A DNA stretch of 13,342 nucleotides from Paramicrosporidium saccamoebae KSL3 (taxonomy: Eukaryota > Fungi > Cryptomycota), in assembly GCA_002794465.1 (NCBI GenBank), contig MTSL01000203.1:1-13342 (forward strand). The letters run 5' to 3'. The position numbers were made by a program, and so were the translations under genes. The notes under the pieces were generated by a model. The model was not told where the DNA came from, did not search any database, and worked only from the letters and a program-made list of their open reading frames with translations. Shown here piece by piece: positions 1 to 9,747 of this stretch; the stretch's first letter is position 1; every line of letters begins with the position of its first letter.

Positions 1-205
1 ATGGTATATTGAAATTCCCACCAGACACTATCCTGCCAAGTCACGTAGTGGATCGATTGCCACGAATTTTATCAGGTGGAAAGAGATTTCGTGTACGGTT
101 AGTAATCAAGCAGCCCTTTATATCCCCAAACTAGACTTTTCACTGCACAAAATGCGCTGGTCTCGGGATTGAGATGCAAGTTTCTTTACAATCAATCATA
201 TGAAT

Positions 206-1665
206 CTATGCTAGTTCCAAGTATCGTTCCCGCTCCCAATCAGTGATATGAGCCTCATAGGTTTTAATTTCATGCAGTCTGGTCATCCCAAAATGTTCAA
301 TCAAGCCTGAGGGGAATAGCTTCCTGGCCATGGATTCGGGGGCTGACATGCGCATGGTGGCTTCAAGGAGAGTGGTAGGCAATGATTGATATCCCTTGTC
401 CTTAAGCACATTTGCCAAGTTATCACCCGAAAGAAGAGCGGAAGAGTCTAATTCGGGACCTAGGGAGAGGTCGTTCTCAATTCCATACAGACCCGCTGCC
501 AAAATTGCCGACAATGCAAAGTACGAGTTCAGATCGGCTCCTGGAACCCGGACTTCAATTCTATTCGTATCGGGATGGTTCTTACAGAGAATCACACGCA
601 CAGCAGCCAACCGGTTATCAGATCCCCAACCGATGAGAACTGGTGCCCAGTATCGGATGTCAAGGCGTTTGTAGCTGTTGATATTCGGGGCCATAAAAGG
701 CATCAGGTCTGGGAGACACTTTAGAATCCCTGCAATGAATGGTTTCATTAGTTTTGGCAGACCATCAGTGTCCATGTGCGAGAAAACATTCTTTCCATTG
801 GAATCGTTGAGTGAAACATGAATGTGGCCGCCACATCCAGGGAATCCGTTCCACGGCTTGGCCATAAAGCTGGCAGTCATTCCATGATGGTATGCCGTAG
901 TCTTGACGATGTGTTTAAACAACTGACATTCATCGGCTGCCTGCAGTGCCGATTTGTACTTTAGGGCGACCTCGTATACTCCTGGCCCAGTTTCAGTGTG
1001 GAAGCAATCAATCTCCAGCCCTGATGCCTTTGAATGGTTTAGTATGGCAGACATGTACTCTGGATTGCAGAATGGACGCAACATGGAATAACCAAACATT
1101 CCCCTTGAGATTGTCTTGTCGTGTACACCTCCCGGCGAGTTTATCATTTCTGAAGATTGACCTTTGTAGTTGTACCATTCTAACTCGAATCCGCAACTTA
1201 CGCTTATAGCATGGTCGCTTGACAGCTTTTTGAGAATACTCTTCAAGGTCGATCGAGGGCAAAAGGAAAGGGGATTCTTGTCTTGATCCAAAAAATCCAT
1301 CAGATATACTTTCAAATTATCCAAATTGTGATTCGGTGCCAATGACAAGCTACGCCCGCTGTCTAGATCGACCCGCGCAATGACATCGGGATAGCCTGCA
1401 GTGTGAGAGCTTCCCAACGTCTTCAACTCATTGACGTTCATTGCTGCTATGCTGCGGCAGAGGGTAGTCGAAGAATAAACGGCATCCATACTGTCCCACT
1501 CGAAAATCACTCCGCAAAATCCTATAAATCAAGCCCTCCTCCATCTCCAATACCCATATCATTCTCATTTCCAGACTTAACCTTGTCCTTTGGTACAATT
1601 TTGCCCCTAAGGACACCGTCTACATCAGTGCCCATCACAAGTACAAAATGTCCTTCCGCCATCAT
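206..1665 (-). CDS. Glutamine synthetase type I-like protein (probable gamma-glutamyl-amine ligase), about 475 aa; exons 1665-1554 and 1521-206
   Basis: The N-terminal GS beta-grasp motif FVLVMGTDVDGVLRGK (in track ORF 1522..1752) joins through a 32-nt GTATTG..TATAG intron (1553-1522) to GFCGVIFEWD. Catalytic-domain motifs: GFELEW, HTETGPGVYE, KP..GCGGHIHVSL, PNINSYKRL, DNRLAAVRV, RIEVRVPGAD. Confidence 0.9.
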
Positions 1666-1702
1666 CGGTACAAACAACAAGTTGACCAGGGCTCCCAGTG
1701 TC

Positions 1703-2107
1703 ATGAGCGTTCCAGGACAAGTGGATTTGCGCGACCGCCATCTTATTGGCATTATTGGCGACCAGGTAGGCTCAAGTAACGGATGCTAAATTGGCTAGGA
1801 TACGGTAACTGGGATGCTACTTGCGGGGGTGGGAAATGTAGACACGAGACTAAAGAAGAACTTTTTCGTTGTTGATTCAAAGACTACGCCCGAAGCGGTG
1901 GAAGAGGCCTTTAAGGATCTTACCAACCGAAAAGATATTGCCATTCTGCTTATTAACCAACACGTTGCAGACATGGTCAGGCATTTAATTGAGGACTATA
2001 ATCAAATGATGCCCTCCTTGTTGGAAATTCCGTCAAAGGACCACCCTTATGACCCCGAGAAGGACTCGATCTTGAAGCGAGTTAATCGTCTCTTTGCGCA
2101 TGACTAG
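1703..2107 (+). CDS. VMA7: V-type ATPase subunit F, 123 aa; exons 1703-1765 and 1799-2107
   Basis: A 33-nt intron GTAGGC..GCTAA..CTAG (1766-1798) joins LIGIIGDQ to [12 protein letters not shown]. Downstream [13 protein letters not shown] and [19 protein letters not shown] are characteristic of Vma7/ATP6V1F. Confidence 0.96.
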
Positions 2108-2112
2108 CCTGG

Positions 2113-2197
2113 AACTTGTATTTGCGCGTGAATAACCTTTAACTTGTATTTGGGCATTAATAAACCGACATTTGTATTTGCACATGGACAACCCGGT
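2113..2197 (+). repeat. Three degenerate 28-29-nt units sharing TTGTATTTG, in the VMA7 3' region
   Basis: AACTTGTATTTGCGC (2113), AACTTGTATTTGGGC (2141) and ATTTGTATTTGCAC (2170). The first two units are followed by AATAA/AATAAA. Confidence 0.55.
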
Positions 2198-2354
2198 GAG
2201 AGTAAGAGATCCTGGTTGTTGTAATTTCATAACCAAGGCGAGGTCATGTGGTACCTTTTTTATCGGAATCTTAGTTCTACAGATATAATACCTAATAAAC
2301 GACACTCGCGTTTTATGCTGTATGTGAAACATTTATTAGAAGCGAATCTTGGTT

Positions 2355-3185
2355 TTACTGACGAAGCTCGGCAGTCTTGGCACGGAGAGCAGCACGCTTG
2401 GCCATCATGGCCTGGGACTTGGCGCCCATGATACCACCACCCCAATGCTTGCGGATATCCTCAGCCTTGTCGTTATAGTTCGACTTGATAGCTTGCACAA
2501 TCGAGGCCAACTCGGGCTTGTTCTCTTGACGCACCTCCGTGATGGCGACACAGGCGGCAGTCTTCTTGTGGACGAGCGCACCGAGACGGGACTTGCTCTT
2601 GATGATGGCATAAGGGATGCCCATCTTGCGGCAGAGCGACGGGAGCCAGACAACGAGCTCAATAGGGTCAACGTCGTGAGCGATGAGCACGAGTTGCGCC
2701 TTCTTGTTCTCAACAAGAGCAGTGACGTGGTTCAAGCCATACTTGACCACGACGGGCTTCTTGTTAGCGGGGGCCTCCTTACCCTCCACCTTGGCGGCAG
2801 CAATGGCCTTGAGACGGTCCTTCTTCTCCACCTTGCTCTCAGGCTGGTGCTTGTTCAACAGGCGGAACACCTGGGTGGCGGTATTCTTGTCGAGGGTGCG
2901 GGAGAACTGATTAAGGGCCGGCGGGACCTTCAAGCGCTTCTTGAGGATGGAGCGCTGGCGTTGCAGACGCACATACAACGGCCACTTGACGTAGCGGGTC
3001 AGGTCGCGCTTCGGCTGGATGTCGTTTCCAATGGAAAAGTTGCGCGGACGCTTCTCGAAGAGAGAGTGTTCGGTTTTCTTAGTGTCCTTGGCCTTGGTCG
3101 CCAAGGGGGCGGGTGCCACCGATTTGCTCTTAGGGGCCTAAATACAAATATTAATGGATGGATCAAAGGGGAACGGGCGTACCAT
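2355..3185 (-). CDS. RPL8: 60S ribosomal protein eL8 (L7a/L8), 261 aa; exons 3185-3183 (ATG only) and 3137-2355
   Basis: [64 protein letters not shown] and IRKHWGGG match eL8. The track's GTG start is internal. The true ATG is followed by a 45-nt GTACGC..TTTAG intron (3182-3138), giving [12 protein letters not shown]. Confidence 0.97.
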
Positions 3186-3284
3186 CTAGTCAAAGTTATC
3201 CAGAGGACGAGGCCGGGGTACTCCCTGGACCAGTCTATGCGCAGCCCACAATGTAGCAAGGCTGTGTGTGAAATGGTATCCGTC

Positions 3285-3400
3285 TATGATGAGCGGTCCC
3301 CATTCAAAAATTTATACCGCGAGAGATGCTCATCATAATAGTAGTGATGGTCTATAAAGGGCGACGCAAACTTTAACAAGTAGCTTTATCACTCACAACA
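3285..3400 (+). ncRNA. Candidate box H/ACA snoRNA, copy 1
   Basis: Hairpin 1 is closed by TATGATGAGC/GCTCATCATA (3285-3294/3328-3337). H box ATAGTA at 3338-3343 fits ANANNA. Hairpin 2 has GTGAT/ATCAC (3344-3348/3388-3392) with upper stem TAAAG/CTTTA. ACA is at 3395-3397. Confidence 0.65.
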
Positions 3401-3423
3401 AATCCTACAAGACAGCATCCGCT

Positions 3424-3528
3424 TATGATGGGTGGATGGTCTCAATCCAGAAACCTATTCCGAGATAGGCTTATCATGATAAGAGTGACGGCCTATAAAA
3501 GAAAATATAAGCTTTATCACGCACAACA
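3424..3528 (+). ncRNA. Candidate box H/ACA snoRNA, copy 2 (diverged tandem paralogue)
   Basis: Hairpin 1 ATGATGGGT/GCTTATCAT (3425-3433/3469-3477) with upper stem GTCTC/GAGAT. H box ATAAGA at 3479-3484. Hairpin 2 GTGA/TCAC (3485-3488/3517-3520) with upper stem TATA/TATA. ACA is at 3523-3525. Confidence 0.65.
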
Positions 3529-3552
3529 AATTCCTTTACTTACAATCCGCTA

Positions 3553-4822
3553 TTAGTTAGTTTGCGCAAATGCACGGAACAATAGCGCATCGGATGATTG
3601 GCATGCCAAGGCATATTCTTCCTTCTTCCCGAGAAGCAGAATTGACCCAGTCTTGACAGATTGTTCCAAGGTGCCAGTTTTCAAGGCCAGCTCTCCCTTG
3701 ATGCACAGCAAAATCTCTTCCGATCCGCCCGTTTTAAGCTTCTCCTCATCACCCAGCACAAGGTCAGTCTTGATGACCGCGAATTCTGGAACCGGCGGCT
3801 TGTACAAGACCGACTTTTCAGTCAGCTGCTTCGGCTTCATGGCGAGCTCTTTTGGATCATATGTTTTATATGTGAGCATTTCTACAAGCGTTTCCATATC
3901 GCGAAACTTTGGTGTCAAGCCAGCACGCACGACATTGTCGCTTAGGGCCATGCACTCGATGCATTCTCCGGACAAGTACGCATGCGGCTCATTGGCAGCG
4001 AGGAAGACGGCCTCTCCAGGTGTTAAAGTGATGTAATTGAGGAGGAAGACGCAAAAACACCCAACTTCCTCCGGGTACTGGCTGTTCAGCCTCAGACACA
4101 ATTCCTCCAACTCGGTCGTTTTTCTGTTAATCGAGGTGAGACGGCTCACGAAAGCATTAATCTGCTCACACACAATTTCCTTGTCCGCCGCAATAAACTT
4201 TGCAAAGAAATTCTTCAATGCAGTCTTTTGCGCTTCCGAGTCATTGGATTTAACCACTGCTTTGAGCGCTGTAACGGTTTCAATATCCACTAGGTTATTC
4301 AATTCTGGAACATTCGCCAAATTTTCGACGATTGCGGCCAAGGGACGAAATCCACATAGTGCTTCAAAGATTGTCAGAGCAATTGTCATCTCGGGCTTAT
4401 GATTGGGATCGCGATAGTTCTTTGGGTCTTTTGCGTGCAGTTTTTTGGCTAGTTCAATGTCCGGATGTGCTTGGATGGAGAGTGCCTTGCCCACGGACAA
4501 TATTTTGAATAAAAATGGCAAATCTGCCAATATTAGAAGGATAGCTGGTAGTACCATTGGGGAGGTGGTCTTTGAGCAGTTCAAGTCCATTTGCCGTCTT
4601 TGTTTGAGAAGGCGCGCTGGGATGAGTACCCATCCATAACTAAATGGTCACATGGACTGCCCCTCATTGTACTTCAGCATAGGGCTTTGACTCGTCAATT
4701 TGCTGGTCAGAATTCTTGGCGCTAATCTTGGCAACAAGACTATTGCTTCCCAACAGACCCCATTCATAGTTTTGTACTGCGGCAACGACCTCGCAAACTG
4801 AAGATTCTGTGGCCACCACCAT
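3553..4822 (-). CDS. PMI40: Mannose-6-phosphate isomerase (type I), 401 aa; exons 4822-4673, 4639-4555 and 4523-3553
   Basis: The spliced product has VQNYEWG, KPYAE|LWMGTHPS, DLPFLFKILSVGKALSIQAHP, DPNHKPEM, EPHAYLSG and SDNVVRAGLTPK. Introns are 33 nt (4672-4640) and 31 nt (4554-4524, branch CTAAT). Confidence 0.96.
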
Positions 4823-4888
4823 TGTTCAGCTAGGGTACGGTATGAATCGGCGATTTGCAATCATTAAGTTGTTGTTAATCAAATCTGT

Positions 4889-6663
<1,775 letters not shown>

Positions 6664-6676
6664 TTATCCGACTCTC

Positions 6677-8083
6677 ATGGGAAATCTGAGTGAATACGAA
6701 AAACGGCGATTAGAGACCATCCGGCAGAACCAAAAGGTGTTAGAGTCCTTGGAAATACCAGTGATTCGGATTGAAGCTGCACCAGCCAAGGCACAAAAGA
6801 CAGCACCGTCCGGAAAACGTGCAAGGAAGGAGCCAATCGAGAACGAGAATGTGGAAAGGCGAACATCGGCGCGTCTCCTGAGCAAAGCCAGTGGAGAAAC
6901 TAACAAAATGACGATTGCCGACGAGTTGGCATTGTATAGAGGAAGCATGCGAGTGAAGGAAGAAAAGCCACGGCCAAAACGTGTACTGGGGAACATCCCC
7001 TTTGAGCCGGAGGACGGCAAGAGTAGCGAGTTTGCCAGCGTCTTGAAAAGGGTCACCATTACCAGTGAAGCTAGACCCGCTTCAGCCTTGAGTGGGGCAA
7101 GGAGGTATCGAATCGACGGCGAATTTTCAATTGCCAAAGCAGTAGAGGAGCGGATCTATTCAATGGCCGTCCACCCGAACTGTGACAAAATTATCGTCTC
7201 TGCCGGTGGAAAGTTTGGCTCATTGGGGATTTGGGATGCCACCGACGCATGGAATGGGACAGCAGATTGCCGGCGAACCTTTTTGTTCAAGCCCCATTCT
7301 CAAGCGATCAGTAACCAGCGATATAATCCACGAAACAACAATCAGCTGCTAATGTCATCATACGATGGAGTGATTCGCTGTTTAGATCTTGTCAAGGGCG
7401 AGTTTAGCGAGTTGTATCATTCCGAGGATGAGCGGTACATTTCCGGATTCGACGTTAGCCAGGACGGATCAACCATACACTTTACCGATCTCTCTGGAGC
7501 ATTCACCAGTGTGGACATTAGAACAAAAAAGGAAACTACCTTTCAGTTGCACGAGAAAAAGGTTGGAGGCCTCAGTATTTCCCCTGTGGATAGCAATTAC
7601 CTTGCTACCTCATCCAACGACGGATCTCTCTGTGTCTGGGATATGCGCGTCCTAAAGCCCTACGAATCTGACATGCTGGCCCGTTTCGAGTATCGTCGCG
7701 CTGTCACTTCCGTCTTCTTTCATCCTCAGATTCGGGATGCGCTAGTGTCCACATGCTATGATGACACTGTTCGGATACATCAAGGATTTTTGGCGGACAA
7801 GGCCACTGAACTCCAAATTAGCCATAACAACCAGACGGGTCGCTGGATCACCCCTTTTAGGGCCATTTGGGATCCAAAGTCGACGGATGAGAAAGGGTCA
7901 CATGTTATTGTTGGGGATATGAATCGTGGGTTGGATGTGGTTGAGATGGAGAGGGGTCTAGTGACCAATAGTGTCTCCGAGCTGCTCACTTCCCAACCGG
8001 CCGTGAATTGTGCCCACAAGACTCTTGATCTGATTGCATCGGGAAATGCCTCCGGTAAATGTATCCTTTGGAAGCCATACTAG
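6677..8083 (+). CDS. CMR1: WD40 DNA damage-binding protein Cmr1/WDR76, 468 aa, apparently intronless
   Basis: N-terminal LSEYEKRRLETIRQNQKVLESL motif, RIYSMAVHP, WD repeats (LATSSNDGSLCVWDMR) and the family-typical C-terminal HNNQTGRWITPFRAIWDPK. Confidence 0.88.
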   Translation: MGNLSEYEKRRLETIRQNQKVLESLEIPVIRIEAAPAKAQKTAPSGKRARKEPIENENVERRTSARLLSKASGETNKMTIADELALYRGSMRVKEEKPRPKRVLGNIPFEPEDGKSSEFASVLKRVTITSEARPASALSGARRYRIDGEFSIAKAVEERIYSMAVHPNCDKIIVSAGGKFGSLGIWDATDAWNGTADCRRTFLFKPHSQAISNQRYNPRNNNQLLMSSYDGVIRCLDLVKGEFSELYHSEDERYISGFDVSQDGSTIHFTDLSGAFTSVDIRTKKETTFQLHEKKVGGLSISPVDSNYLATSSNDGSLCVWDMRVLKPYESDMLARFEYRRAVTSVFFHPQIRDALVSTCYDDTVRIHQGFLADKATELQISHNNQTGRWITPFRAIWDPKSTDEKGSHVIVGDMNRGLDVVEMERGLVTNSVSELLTSQPAVNCAHKTLDLIASGNASGKCILWKPY

Positions 8084-8102
8084 CGCGTTTGTTTAATTTG
8101 AT

Positions 8103-9599
8103 TTATTTTGTTGACAAGACAATTGTTATCGGTGTGCCGAGACCGCCTTCATAAGTAATTGTCGTCTCCCCACCTCCCCAATTAAATGTTGTGCAGCGGG
8201 TTGTCGCAGCCATCGACTGGATCGTACCGAAATCAACTCCACGCTCAATGTTCAAGGTAACATACCTCATCACCGTTTCGGTGTGATTCAGGAGGACAAA
8301 GATGGTCATGTCCTCCTTCTGGTATGCCTCCAGTAACAGTCCGGGTCCCCACAGTGTGGCAACCTTGTCGATCGAGTTGGAGACTAAGGGCGAATCTTCC
8401 AAGTAAATGTTTTGTGTCCTTGCCTGAGGCGTCTCTTCTGTCAGTGCTATCAAAGAAAACTTGTCTCTAGGGAATATCAGGAGGCAGATTTAGGACCAGT
8501 ACTCGTTTCCTTGAGCGTGCTCGAGCAGCTCGTTAACGGACTGCGACAATTCCACAACTCTTGCAAGGAGCTCATCTGGGAGTTCTGACAGAGCCAGCTT
8601 TTCTAGTTTGGGTCGCGCCTCTTCAAACTCTTTCACCAATTGCTACCTGATCAGATATCTACTCTAGTTGTACCTGTATCGAGTCGTTCGAGGGATATTC
8701 CGACTTGTCAGTGTTCCATAGGAGGTCATGTAAAAGCTTTCGCTTTCCTTCTAACACAATCAGACTGCTAGACACGGCAGAGTCGGCGGTGCTATATCCG
8801 CCGTCCAGCTAAACAGGTCAGGAAGTGGCACTGTGCTACATATCCTGACATGACCTTCATCAGTTCATTCGCAGCCCGCAGATCAGCCGGCGTTCCTCGC
8901 CTCAGCAAATCTTCCAATTTTGCTTCCTGCACCTTTCGTTCCTGGGCCTGGATCTCCTCTTTGGTCTTAAGCCCACCCTACCAATTAATCATCATTCTTA
9001 CTGATACATCTTGCTCCTCGCCAATGATAGCCAGCACGTCCTCCTCGTCAACTGTTGGGAATTTGAACCCTCTATTTTTTAACAGGCTGTGCATTAGCTG
9101 GATATTCCCAAACTCCTTCCCCCATTGCGAGCGGTGGCAAAGGGCTACAGACCACTTGCCCAACATTGCCAAGATGAATTCATGGGTGCGGTCGGTCGCG
9201 TACTGCGGGCCGGGCGGAAAACGGTACATTAGCTTGTTGAGAAAATCACGCTTGGAGACGGCAAGGTATATGGGATATCCACAATTGATGACAAGCATGT
9301 CGAGGGTGAAGAGGGAGAGAAAACATTGTACAATGTCCTCGCTGTCGAAATACTTGGAAAGTTCGCTGGTTGCTGCGTGTGCACTAATCGTTTAATACAA
9401 TGTGAGCAGATACTTGGACGTCTTGGATTTTACAATTTCACAAATTTCAAGAACAAGTGAAATGTCAGGCTCGTATCTGTTTGGGTCACATGCACTGTCT
9501 ATAAAATTAACACACTCAACTCTAAATACTAATGAGAGAGACGAGACGATTTGAGCCCGCATTTAAGGTTCGGAGTGTCAAATTAGTGGGATATCTCAT
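8103..9599 (-). CDS. GGA-family clathrin adaptor (VHS-GAT plus diverged C-terminal domain), about 435 aa, 7 exons
   Basis: Exons 9599-9530, 9498-9414, 9383-9008, 8977-8840, 8808-8674, 8642-8503 and 8466-8103 total 1308 nt in one frame. Fungal Gga-type VHS motifs: LINSACDP..EPDISLVLEICE and LDMLVINCGYPIYLAVSKRDFLNKLMYRFP. GAT entry: AKLEDLLRRGTPADLRAANELMKVMSGY. Confidence 0.85.
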
Positions 9600-9747
9600 G
9601 TAAAGAGTAGCCAATCGCGGCCATTGTGCTCTCTCAAAGGATTGATTCACCCATTAGGATATATTGATTCATTCGGGACTAATCGGGAAGGCATGAGTTT
9701 GTTCCAAATTAGGAAGTAGACACAATTCTCTTTCCATAAACCGTCTC

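Noticed and set aside
2-172. Open plus-strand frames at the window start (3-134 and 2-172), possibly the 3' end of an upstream gene
   Set aside because: Two frames are open, neither has a motif I recognise, and there is no upstream context to choose between them.
3285-3337. ATGATGA box C-like motif at the start of the first RNA unit (on both strands)
   Set aside because: No CTGA D box at a suitable distance. The motif is explained as a hairpin arm, and the H/ACA layout fits better.
2349-3338. 329-aa plus-strand ORF antisense to RPL8
   Set aside because: It starts at TTG and is codon-registered with RPL8. Strong codon bias in ribosomal protein genes (few TTA/CTA/TCA) leaves the antisense frame open. 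The product is Leu-rich and has no recognisable features.
4648-4860. 70-aa track ORF
   Set aside because: It is the wrong frame over PMI40 exon 1, whose real frame begins MVVATESS at 4822.
8850-9395. 181-aa plus-strand ORF
   Set aside because: It is an antisense shadow of GGA exons with no recognisable motifs.
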